From an uncultured Chloroflexia bacterium (GTDB lineage: Bacteria > Chloroflexota > Limnocylindria > Limnocylindrales > CSP1-4): a stretch of 64,000 nt of DNA. Positions within the stretch are counted from its first letter, which is position 1, and every line of letters begins with the position of its first letter. The notes under the pieces were generated by a model. It saw only the letters and a program-made list of their open reading frames with translations. It did not search any database and was not told where the DNA came from. This document shows positions 49,587-58,886 of the stretch, in pieces. Where the stretch lies: contig CAWHXD010000019.1 in assembly GCA_963833225.1 (NCBI GenBank), positions 307,534-371,533 on the forward strand. Reading direction: 5' to 3'. The position numbers and the translations under genes were made by a program.

Positions 49587-49866
49587 GGGCCGCCGCGCCT
49601 GTTCGCCGATCGCAGGCGGCCTTGTCGTGACGCGCAGTCAGCCTTTCAGGTCTCAACGCCGGTTCGCGGGTTCCGGGAGCCCGCTTCGGGCAGCGAACGC
49701 GACTCGCCGTCAGGATCCACCCGCGAGGGGCCGCGTCCGGAGCGGTTCGAGCGGCAATCCGTGACGGAACGGCAATCCCGGCCCGCGAGGCCGCCGTGTG
49801 CCGAGTCGCAACCCGGGCACGCCGACCTGGGGGAGAACCGACCCCCGGGGGTACCGGGTGATTCGA

Positions 49867-52039
49867 CTACGAGCCGCTGATCCCGGCCAGCTCCAGCATT
49901 CGCTTGGCCGTGTAGGACGGCCCCTCGTCACGGGTGAGCTGGGCGAGGACGTCGATCGGCAGGTCCTCGATGATCGCCCCGTTCGAGTTGAACAGCAGGT
50001 GCTGGTCCACGGCCAGGCCGAACGCCGATCCCTCCTTGACGGCGTGGTACAGGTTCCGCGGCGCCACCGAGTCGCCCACGTTGAGGACGTTGACACCCGC
50101 GGCGCGCAGCTCCTCGTACAGCCCGGTGATCGGCCGGGTGTGGCAGGCGACCACGTCGTCCACCTCCAGCTCGGTCCGGTTGAACGCGCCATCCTGGAGG
50201 ATGACGGACCCATCTCGGATCTCGGCCACGGTGGTCGAGGTGATCACGTCCACCGGGTGCTTGTACGGCCGGGAGCTGAGGACCTCGGCGTCGGTCTGCG
50301 CGAAGCGCTTGCGCAGGACGTACATGTGGATGACCTCGACGTCGGCCGCGAACTCGCGGTTCTCGGTCACGATCGTCACCTTGCGCCCGATGTCGGCCAG
50401 CCACGCCGCGGTGTCGGCCGCCGCGTAGGAGTCGCCCCAGAGCAGCACCCGCTGGCCGAGCTTGCGCATCTTCCGGCCACCGGGGTGGCACTCACAGGCG
50501 ACCTTGGGACAGGCCATCGTCTCCTCGAACGGGACGATCCGTGACGCGTCCCCGACCACCGGGGGCACGTACGACTCGGCGCCGGTCGCGTTGAGCACGA
50601 GGTCGTAGCCGCGCAGCTCGTCGACCGTGGGCGCATGGTTGAGCCGGATCTCGACGGACAGGTCGAGGAGCTGGTCCCGGATCCAGTCCAGGTACCAGCG
50701 CATCTTCTCCTTGCCCGGGACCATGCACACGTACTTCATCGCGCCGCCGAGCTCGCCCGACCGCTCGTACAGCGTGACCAGGTGGCCGCGCTCGGTCGCG
50801 ATCCGCGCCGCCTCCATGCCCGCCGGGCCGCCGCCCACGACCGCCACCCGCACCGGCTTGTCGGTCCGGCGCATGTCGTCATAGGCGGGCTGTCCGCAGG
50901 CCGCGTTGATGGAGCACGCGATCTCGTGCTTCGCCATCAGCGATTCCTGCCAGCAGCCGCCAAGGCAGGAGATGCAGCGGCGGATCGACTTCACCTTCCC
51001 GTACTTCGCCTTGACCGGCCAGTACGGATCCGCGAGGAGCTGCCGGGCGAGGCCCACGAGGTCCGTCTTGCCCTCGGCGAGGATCTGCTCGCAGTACTCC
51101 GGGTCCCGGAGCGAATGCGAGGTGATGACCGGGATCTTGACCACCTTCTTGGTCGCCTCGGCCGCATAGGTGGCCCAGCCCTGCGGGTACTGCATCGGGT
51201 CGAACCCGGCACCCGGGCTCTCCTGCATTCCCTGCGACAGGTCGAGCGCGGCGACCCCGGCCCGCTCGAGGACCCGGGCCGTCTCCAGGCCCTCCTCGAG
51301 GTTCCGACCGCCCGGGCACCACTCCTCGAAGGAGTACCGCACGAGGACCGGGTAGCCCTTGCCGCACTTCTTCTGGATGGAGTCGATGACCGCGAGCGGG
51401 AACCGCATCCGGTTCTCGAACGAGCCGCCGAACCGGTCGGTGCGCATGTTGAGGTACGGCGACATGAACTCCGACAGCAGGTACCCGTGCGCCGCGTGGA
51501 GCTCAACCGCGTCGAAGCCCGCCTGCTTGACCCGCCAGGCCGCCTCGGAGAACAGGTCGACGAGCTCGAGGATCTCGGAGATCGACGCCTCGCGGATCTC
51601 CTTGCCCTTCTCCTCGGCGTTCTCGTAGATGATCTCGTGGCCCGCGGACCATGGCAGCTTGAGGACCCGGTCCGTGGCGCCCAGGGTGTTGTAGCGGGGG
51701 ATCGCGCACTGGCGCCCGGGGTGCTGCAGCTGGACCGCGCACTTGGCGCCGTAGCGGTGCATCGACTCCGCCAGGCGGGCGAGCCCCGGGACGTAGTTGT
51801 CGCCGTCGGCCACGAGACAGGTGACCGTCGGCCGGCCGGTCTTCATGTCGGGCGTGGTGGCGCCCACGATCACGAACCCGGTGCCGCCCTTGGCGATGTT
51901 CCCGTGGTGGTGGAGGTCGCGCTCGCTGACCTCGCCGTCCGCGTGGGACGAGCTGATGTCGGTCGGGACGTGGACGATCCGGTTGGGAAGGGTCAGGGTC
52001 CCCAGCTGCAGGGGGCTGAACAGGTTGCGGGAAGGCCAT
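49867..52039 (-). CDS. OYE-like FMN domain + 4Fe-4S + FAD/NAD(P) domain oxidoreductase (2-enoate reductase / 2,4-dienoyl-CoA reductase / amine dehydrogenase architecture); apparent +1 frameshift at codon 4
   Basis: ORF 49867..52224 contains LFSPLQLGTLTLPNRIVHVP, HAAHGYLLSEFMSP, the Cys cluster CISCLGGCWQ...ACSINAACG and VAVVGGGPAGMEAA. The only RBS-equipped ATG (GGAG-N9-ATG at 52039) is one base out of frame. ATGGCCTTCCCGCAAC minus one C gives MAFRNLFSPLQ. Confidence 0.8.
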
Positions 52040-52222
52040 GGCGAAAGACTCCAGCTGGGTGGCGGGCAGGCGGCAACGCGTCGATCCTCCGCCCGCGCCG
52101 TGCCGGTGGCAATGCCAGCGACGGCCGATCGACTGGCAGAACCGGCCGCCAGTCCCGCTGGACGCCCCGAAATCCTCCACATGGCCCTGTCGGATGGGGC
52201 TGCCGGCTGCGAAGGTGGATCC

Positions 52223-53143
52223 ATGGCCGTCTACGTCTGGAAGCAGGACATGGAACCCAGGTTCCCATTGGCGGTGCTCGAGTACACGGCGCGTGATGAC
52301 CACGACCCGATGCACTGGCACGACCACTTCGAGATTGCCCTGGTGCTCGAGGGGCGTGGCTCCTTCCTGTTCGGTCGCCGGAGCCTCCCGGCGGAGGCCG
52401 GCGACCTGTTCTTCATCGACAACAGCCAGCCCCACGTGGCACTCGCGGATCCGGGCCACTCGCTCCGCCTGCTGCTCGTCCTGTTCCGCCCCGAGCTGAT
52501 CGCCGGCCCAGGCTGCCGGGAGCTCGACCTCGGGTATCTCGCGCCATTCCGCGTGGACGAGCGAACGTGGTCGCCGCGGGTCGCCGGGTCGACCGCGCTC
52601 GCCGGCCCAGGTCACGCCGGTGCTCCACGAGCTTCGGGCCATCTTCGATCGTCACGACGCCACGGAGCGGCATCTCGCGGACGCCACGCTCCGGGTGGCC
52701 CTGGCCCTCGTGAACCGCGACCAGGGCACCGCCGCGGTCACCGCCGCCACCGCGCGGGCCGCCGCGGACCGCCGGGAGCAGATCCGGCCGGTCCTCGCCT
52801 ACGTGGACGGTCACTGCCAGGAGAGCATCACGCTCGATGACGTGGCGGACCTGGTCCACGTCAGCCCGTCCCGCGTCCGCCACGTGTTCAAGGACGTGAC
52901 GGGGGTGGGCTTCAAGGAGTACCTGACCGCCGGTGCGGGTCGCCGAGGCCAAGCGTCTGCTCCTGTCAACGGACCTGTCCGTCGCGGAGATCGCGCGGCC
53001 AGGTCAGCTACACGAACCTGCACCAGTTCTACAAGGTGTTCTACCGGTCGTGTGCCATGTCGCCCGGGGAGTACCGCCGCTACTACACGCCCGCCGGTGG
53101 GGAGCCCGTCGTGGCCCAGGCGCGCCAGGAGGTCGCCACGTGA
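52223..53143 (+). pseudogene. AraC-family regulator (cupin sensor + double HTH) carrying three +1 frameshifts
   Basis: Cupin part MAVYVWKQDM...HWHDHFEIALVLEGRG (frame of ORF 51797..52840). The middle part VLHELRAIFD...LDDVADLVHVSPSRVRHVFKDVTGVGFKEYLTA is in ORF 52620. RVAEAKRLLLSTDLSVAEIA is in ORF 52933. The last HTH, VSYTNLHQFYKVFYRSCAMSPGEYRRYY, is in a further frame ending at TGA 53141-53143. Length minus 3 is divisible by 3. Confidence 0.8.
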
Positions 53144-54021
53144 CCAGCATCGCCCCCGTCAAGGCTGCCATCCGGATCCGGGAGGCGGTCGACGCCGACT
53201 GGGAGGAGGCCGGCCGGATCTGCTACGAGGCGTTCGCCACCCTCGCCGACCAGCACGGGTTCCCGCACGACTTCCCCACGGTCGCCGCGGCCGCCGAGCC
53301 CGTCCGCTGGCTGATCAACCACCCGCGCGTCTACGGCGTCGTGGCCGAGAAGGGCGGTCGCGTCATCGGCTCCAACTTCCTCGACGAACGCGGGACGATC
53401 AGCGCGATCGGGCCGATCAGCGTGGACCCCACCGCCCAGGATCATCACGTCGGGCGGCTGCTCATGGACGCCGTCCTGGACCGGGCGCACGCGCGGAACG
53501 CGCCGGGTGTCCGGCTGCTCCAGATCGCCTACCACAACCGGTCATTGTCGTTGTACGCGAAGTTGGGCATGGAGGTCCGCGGCTCGTTCGCGGCAATGCA
53601 CGGGACACCGCTCCGGCGCGTGCTCCCGGGCTACGACGTCCGACCGGCCACGACCGATGACGAGTACGCCTGCAACTCGCTGTGCGTCCGCGTCCACGGG
53701 CACGCCCGCGCCGGCGAGGTGCGCGAGGCGATCGAGGCCGGGACCGCGCGCGTCGTGGAGCGCCTCGGCCGGATCACCGGCTACACGACCAAGATCAACT
53801 ACTTCGCGCATTCCGTGGCCGAGACCAACGACGACCTCCGGGCGCTCATCTGTGAGGCGGAGGATTTCGGGACGCCCGGGTTCCTCGTCCCGCTGTCCAA
53901 CAACGACCTGTTCCGCTGGTGCCTCGAGGAGGGCCTGCGGATCTTCTTCGTGACCAACATGATGACCATCGGGCTGTACCAGGAGCCGGAGGGCGCCTAC
54001 ATGCCCTCGGTGGGGTACTGA
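53140..54021 (+). CDS. GNAT-family N-acetyltransferase with ~130 aa C-terminal extension
   Basis: GTG at 53140 overlaps the AraC stop. In frame with ORF 52933..54021. Contains IREAVDADWEEAGRICYEAF and ISVDPTAQDHHVGRLLMDAVLDRA (acetyl-CoA binding Q/R-x-x-G-x-A/G-like). Confidence 0.7.
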   Translation: MTSIAPVKAAIRIREAVDADWEEAGRICYEAFATLADQHGFPHDFPTVAAAAEPVRWLINHPRVYGVVAEKGGRVIGSNFLDERGTISAIGPISVDPTAQDHHVGRLLMDAVLDRAHARNAPGVRLLQIAYHNRSLSLYAKLGMEVRGSFAAMHGTPLRRVLPGYDVRPATTDDEYACNSLCVRVHGHARAGEVREAIEAGTARVVERLGRITGYTTKINYFAHSVAETNDDLRALICEAEDFGTPGFLVPLSNNDLFRWCLEEGLRIFFVTNMMTIGLYQEPEGAYMPSVGY

Positions 54022-54028
54022 GCCGTCC

Positions 54029-55181
54029 ATGGCGGTGACGTCGCGCGACCGGGTCCGGGCAGCCCTCGACCACCGCGAGCCGGACCGGATCCCGTTCGAC
54101 CTGGGTGGCACGCGGGTGACCGGCATCCACGCCCGCGCCTACGAGCGGCTGCGCCCGGCGCTGGGGCTGGAGCCGCGCGAGGCGCGGATCGCGGACCTCA
54201 CCCAGCAGCTCGCCGAGGTGGAGCCGGACGCGGCCGCCGCGCTGGAGACCGATGTCCGGCTCGTCTCGGCCCGCGGCGGTTCCACGTACCGGCGCGAGAT
54301 CCGCGAGGTCGACGGCTACCACATCTACACGGACGAGTGGGGCGTGGGCCGGCGGATGCCCGTCGACGGCGGCCTGTACTTCGACTCGTCGGCGCCGCCG
54401 CTGGCCGGGGAGGTCGACCGGGCGCGCGTCGACGCCTGTCCGGTGCCCGACGCGACCGATCCCGCCCGGTACGCGGGGATGGGTGAGGAGGCGGGCCGGC
54501 ACGCGGCCGACGACGTCGCGGTGGCGGTCGGCTCGATCTGCTGGCGGCCTCACGGAGGGCCTGTTCAAGCTGCGCGGGTTCGAGGATGGCTACCTGGACC
54601 TCGCCGGGGATCCGGCCCTTGCCCGGCGGGTGATGGAGCGCGTGCTCGAGGTCAAGCTCGCCTACTGGGAGCGGGCACTGCCCGAGGTGGGCGACAGCGC
54701 CGACGTGCTCGTGGAGGCGGACGATCTCGGCGGCCAGGACCGGACGCTGTTCTCGCCCCGGACGTACCGGGACCTGGTGAAGCCCCTCCACCGCGAGCTG
54801 TTCGCGTTCCTCCATGCCCGAACGTCCGCGAAGGTCTTCTTCCACACCTGTGGCGCGGTCCGGGACCTCATTCCCGACCTGATCGAGATCGGGGTGGATA
54901 TCCTGAACCCCGTGCAGGTATCGGCGGCCAACATGGACTCGGGTGAGCTCAAGCGCGAGTTCGGGCGCGACCTCACCTTCTGGGGTGGCGGCGTGGACAC
55001 GCAGCGCGTCCTGGGTTCCGGGACGCCGGCCGAGGTGCGGGCGGAGGTCCTGCGCCGGGTGAGCGACCTGCGGGGCGGCGGCGGCTTCGTGTTCGCCGCG
55101 GTCCACAACATCCAGCCCAACGTCCCGGCCGCGAACATCCTGGCGATGCGGGCCGCCCTGCGCGAGGCGAACGGTGGCTGA
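54029..55181 (+). pseudogene. URO-D-fold methyltransferase (second MtaA/MtbA-like copy) with an apparent +1 frameshift at about 54536-54545
   Basis: ORF 54029.. reads MAVTSRDRVRAALDHREPDRIPFDLGG... up to VGSIC. ORF 54252..55181 then continues GGLTEGLFKLRGFEDGYLDLAGDP...FFHTCGAVRDLIPDLIEIGVDILNPVQ...GGGFVFAAVHNIQPNVPAANILAM. Collinear with the intact copy at 27421-28584. Confidence 0.8.
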
Positions 55182-56322
55182 ACCCGCGATCCGCGCGATC
55201 GCCGGTCGCCTCGTTCTCGCCGGCGGCGTGGTCGCCGGCCGGATCGCCGTCGAGGACGGCTGGATCGCCGCGGTGATCGAGGACCCGTCCGATGCCGAGG
55301 CGGCCCGAGGCCCCCTCATCGCCCCAGGGTTCATCGATGTCCACGTCCACGGCTGGGGTGGCCACGACGCGACCGGCGATGCCGCGGCGCTGTCGGGGAT
55401 GGCCCGGGCGCTGCTCCGCCGGGGCGTGACCTCCTTCCTGCCCACGGCGCCGACCCTTGCCGAGGCCGAGATCCCGCGCTTTGCCGAGCGGGTGCGCGCG
55501 TGGATGCCCGATGCCCCTGGTGACGGCGCCGAGCCGCTGGGCTTCAACCTGGAGGGACCGTTCATCGCCCCGATCCGCAAGGGTGCCCACGACCCCGCGC
55601 TGCTCCGCACGCCCGCCGAGCTGGCCCCGGCCATTCTCGACGCGGCGCTCGACGGCCTGCGGATCATCACCATCGCCCCCGAGCTCCCGGGCGCGCTGGA
55701 GCTCATCGCTCGCCTTGCCGGGCTGGGGATCGCGCCGTCCATCGGCCACTCGAACGCGACCCTCGACGAGGCGCGCGCGGGATACGCGGCCGGGGGCCGC
55801 ACGACCACCCACCTGTTCAACGCGATGACCGGGGTCGACCACCGGCTTCCCGGTCTGGCCGTCGCCGCCCTCACGGACGATGCCGCCTACGTGGAGCTGA
55901 TCGCCGACGGCAACCACGTGCACCCGGCGCTGTGGCCGATCATCACGCGCACCAAGCCGGCGGACCGGCTGGTGCTCGTGTCGGATGCGCTGCCGCTGGC
56001 CGGGATGGGCGACGGGCGGGGGTTCGTGGGCGGGCTCGAGGTCGAGGTGCATGGCGGGCGGGCGACGCTGCTTGGGACCGAGACGCTGGCCGGGTCCGTG
56101 ATCGCGCTCGACACCGCGGTGCGCAACCTGGTGCACGAAGGGCAGTCGCTCGACCTCGCGGTGGCGGCCGCTTCGGCGAACCCCGCGGCGCTGCTGGGCA
56201 TGGTGGACCGGGGGGCGATCGAGCCGGGCAGGGTGGCCCACCTCGTGGAGCTCGATGATGCGCTGCGGGTTCGGCGAGCAACGCGAGGGTTCGAGTGGGT
56301 CGCCGGCGCAGGCGCGGCCTGA
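55174..56322 (+). CDS. nagA: N-acetylglucosamine-6-phosphate deacetylase (amidohydrolase superfamily)
   Basis: ORF track 382 aa. Contains APGFIDVHVHGWGGHD, IAPE, SIGHSNAT, THLFNAM and LVSDALP, the canonical NagA blocks. Confidence 0.85.
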   Translation: MAEPAIRAIAGRLVLAGGVVAGRIAVEDGWIAAVIEDPSDAEAARGPLIAPGFIDVHVHGWGGHDATGDAAALSGMARALLRRGVTSFLPTAPTLAEAEIPRFAERVRAWMPDAPGDGAEPLGFNLEGPFIAPIRKGAHDPALLRTPAELAPAILDAALDGLRIITIAPELPGALELIARLAGLGIAPSIGHSNATLDEARAGYAAGGRTTTHLFNAMTGVDHRLPGLAVAALTDDAAYVELIADGNHVHPALWPIITRTKPADRLVLVSDALPLAGMGDGRGFVGGLEVEVHGGRATLLGTETLAGSVIALDTAVRNLVHEGQSLDLAVAAASANPAALLGMVDRGAIEPGRVAHLVELDDALRVRRATRGFEWVAGAGAA

Positions 56323-56333
56323 GACACGCCCCG

Positions 56334-56999
56334 GTGATCGTCCAGCTGTACACGATGCAAACGGTCGAGGAGGCCCTGGCCTGCGTCGACGCCGGTGCGG
56401 ATCACCTCGGCCTGACGCCGCCGCAGGGGCTGCCCGGCGAGCTGCCGTCGCTCGCGGCCATGCGCGAGATCGTGGCGGCGGTGGGGGACCGGGCGCGCTG
56501 CGTGGCGCTCACGGTGGACATGGACGAGGACCGGATCGTCGAGATGGTGGGGGTCGTGGCGCCGGCGATCCTGCACCTGTGCCCGCTCGCGTCGGAGACA
56601 TCGCCCGCCCGGGTGGCGGCCATCCGGGCGCGGCTGCCGGGGGTGCCGATCATGCAGGCGGTGTCGGTGACCGGGCCGGCGAGCATCGAGGTCGCCCGTG
56701 CGTACGCCGCCGTCGCCGACGTCCTGATCCTGGACACGCAGGCGCCGGACATCCCGGGGATCGGCGCGAGCGGAGCGACCCACGACTGGTCGGTGAGCCG
56801 CGCGATCGTCGACGCGGTGCGGGTTCCGGTGATCCTCGCCGGGGGGCTGTCACCCGAGAACGTCGGCGAGGCGATCCGGGTGGTCCGGCCGTGGGGTGTC
56901 GACTCGCTGACGCACACGAACCGCACCCTCCCCGGGGGCGGCTTCCGCAAGGATCTCGACCGCGTCGCGGCGTTCGTGGCGGCAGCCCGAGGTGGCTGA
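56334..56999 (+). CDS. Phosphoribosylanthranilate isomerase (TrpF)-family protein, outside any trp context
   Basis: GTG at 56334, in frame with ORF 56295..56999. Contains VQLYTMQTVEEALACVDAGADHLGL, LILDTQAPDIPGIGASGATHDWS, VILAGGLSPENVGEAI and PWGVDSLTHTN, collinear with the TrpF barrel pattern. Confidence 0.65.
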   Translation: MIVQLYTMQTVEEALACVDAGADHLGLTPPQGLPGELPSLAAMREIVAAVGDRARCVALTVDMDEDRIVEMVGVVAPAILHLCPLASETSPARVAAIRARLPGVPIMQAVSVTGPASIEVARAYAAVADVLILDTQAPDIPGIGASGATHDWSVSRAIVDAVRVPVILAGGLSPENVGEAIRVVRPWGVDSLTHTNRTLPGGGFRKDLDRVAAFVAAARGG

Positions 57000-57987
57000 G
57001 GGCACCGCGCCGGGGCGCGCGCGGCCGGTCGTGGTGCTCGGCGACCTCAACGTCGACCTGACCCTGGAGCTGCCCGATCGGGGCGCGCCCGTGGCGGAGC
57101 GAGTCGTGCGCGAGCCGCGGCTCACCGGGGGCGGCACCGCCGGCAACACGGCGGCGGCCCTGGCGCGGCTCGGCGTGCCGGTCGAGTTCTGCGGGTCGGT
57201 GGGCGATGACGGGTTTGGACGGTGGCTCGCCCACGACCTGCGGACGATCGGCGTGGGCACCCGCGGCCTCGTGGTCACCCGCGAGGCGCCGACCTGCCAG
57301 GTCATCGCGATGGTGGAGCCGGACGGGGAGCGCTACCTGGTCGTGTGGCCAACCGACGGCGGGGCGCTGACCCGTCTCGCCCCGGTCGAGCTGGATCCCG
57401 GACTGGTGGCGGGTGCGGCCTGGCTGCACACGACCGGGATGTGCCTGCGGTCCTCGCCGATCGCGTCGTCCGTCCTGGCCGGGATGCGGCTCGCCCGGGA
57501 TGCCGGCGTCCCCGTGTCGATCGACCTCAACCTGCGCCTCGAGCTGTGGGACCTCTCGGCCGAGGTGCTGAGGGTGGTTGTCGAGGCCGTTTCGCTGGCC
57601 GATGTCGTGCTGGGGAACGGCGCCGAGGAGCTGGTCCCGCTGGCCCGGGCGATGGGCGCCATCGCGGACGGTCCCGAGGCGGCGGCACGGGCGCTGGCTG
57701 GCGGCGAGCGGACGGTCGTCGCGCGGCTGGGCGCGGCGGGGGCGCTCGCCTGCGGGTCGGGCGGCGAGGTCATCGCGGCCCCGGGGTTTCCCGCGCGGCT
57801 GCGCAGCCCGGTGGGTGCCGGCGACGCGTTCAACGGCGGGTTCATCGCGGCCCGGGTGGCGGGACTGCCGATGGCCGACGCGCTCCGCTGGGGGAACGCG
57901 GTGGGCGCGCTCAAGGTGTCCCGCGACGGCGGGGCGCGGGACCAGCCCGACCGCGCCGAGGTGCAGGCGCTGCTCGCCGGGTCCTGA
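56992..57987 (+). CDS. PfkB-family carbohydrate kinase
   Basis: ORF track 331 aa. Contains VVVLGDLNVDL, GGTAGNTAAALARLG and the C-terminal signature VGAGDAFNGGFIAA. Confidence 0.85.
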   Translation: MAEGTAPGRARPVVVLGDLNVDLTLELPDRGAPVAERVVREPRLTGGGTAGNTAAALARLGVPVEFCGSVGDDGFGRWLAHDLRTIGVGTRGLVVTREAPTCQVIAMVEPDGERYLVVWPTDGGALTRLAPVELDPGLVAGAAWLHTTGMCLRSSPIASSVLAGMRLARDAGVPVSIDLNLRLELWDLSAEVLRVVVEAVSLADVVLGNGAEELVPLARAMGAIADGPEAAARALAGGERTVVARLGAAGALACGSGGEVIAAPGFPARLRSPVGAGDAFNGGFIAARVAGLPMADALRWGNAVGALKVSRDGGARDQPDRAEVQALLAGS

Positions 57988-58199
57988 CCACCCCGCGGCC
58001 CCGTCCGCCTCGCAGACGCGCCAGGTACCGGTCCTGGCTGATGCAGAGACGGATCGGCTGCCTCAACGTGGGCTCAAGATCAGTCCTGGCCGGTGCGATG
58101 GCGCCACAACGGTCGCCGCGCGTTGGAATATCGGCTCACGGCGATCACCGGTGCAAAGCGGAACCGGGCATGCGCCGGTGGCAGGCCGCGCCGGAGACG

Positions 58200-58757
58200 C
58201 TAGTCGCGCGTCGGCCGCAGCGACACTGCCCCGGCGCCGGCGAGCGCCAGGACGCCGAGCACCAGCAGCAGCCCGCCGCCGACCCCGCCCGCCGGCCGGG
58301 AGAGCGCGGCATCGGTCGAGGGCGGCGTCACCCCGGGCGTGCCCGTGGCGCCGCACACCGTGCTGGTGAGGACGGTGTCCAGCTCAACGGTCAAGGGCGC
58401 CGGCGGCAGCTCCTCGATGGTCGAGGTCAGCTGCCCGATGGGCGTCTCGAAGGTGACGCACCCGTTGCGGTCGGGGTCGGACTGCGACGTGGCGCCCGTG
58501 GCGAACACCTGCAGCTCCGATCCGACGCCGGCCTCGACCGCCACGCTGAACTCCCCGCTCTCGTCGGTCGCGGCGGACACGATCAGGTCCGTGCCGGTCA
58601 CCGAGACGACGACGTCGATCCCGGTGACGGGCACGCCATCCCTGACCACGGTGCCGGCCACGGTCACCGAACCCGCGCCGAGCGCGCCGGCCGGGAACGC
58701 CAGCAGCATGGCGAGAACCGCCGTGAGGGCAAGGATCGCGGGTCGGACCTGGCGCAT
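58200..58757 (-). CDS. Secreted protein with CarboxypepD_reg-like beta-sandwich and a C-terminal hydrophobic anchor plus basic tail
   Basis: Met at 58757 with a GGAGAA RBS. Signal peptide MRQVRPAILALTAVLAMLLAFPAGALG. Contains GTVVRDGVPVTGIDVVV...DESGEFSV. Tail is LSRPAGGVGGGLLLVLGVLALAGAGAVSLRPTRD. Confidence 0.65.
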   Translation of the reverse strand: MRQVRPAILALTAVLAMLLAFPAGALGAGSVTVAGTVVRDGVPVTGIDVVVSVTGTDLIVSAATDESGEFSVAVEAGVGSELQVFATGATSQSDPDRNGCVTFETPIGQLTSTIEELPPAPLTVELDTVLTSTVCGATGTPGVTPPSTDAALSRPAGGVGGGLLLVLGVLALAGAGAVSLRPTRD

Positions 58758-58886
58758 GCGTTCTCCGTGGGGGTGACGTCGGCGACACGGTCCCGGCCGC
58801 ATCCCGCCAGACACGGTACGCCTTGGGGCGTGCGCACACAACGCGAGAAATGCCCTATCGGGACCCGGCCGCGGCTTCGGGCGTGC

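Noticed and set aside
49587-49866. Possible ncRNA or riboswitch in the 280-bp gap between GntR and the flavoprotein gene
   Set aside because: The genes are convergent, so the gap is 3' to both. I found only a short GGGGG-N8-CCCCC hairpin (49829-49846), which fits a weak terminator, and no recognisable conserved RNA motif.
51993-52268. N-terminal extension of the flavoprotein ORF to 52224 (the longest listed start)
   Set aside because: The extension (MDPPSQPAAPSDRAMWRISGRP...) is low complexity. It crosses the divergent promoter and overlaps the AraC start. An RBS-equipped ATG at 52039 fits the family N-terminus if one base is removed.
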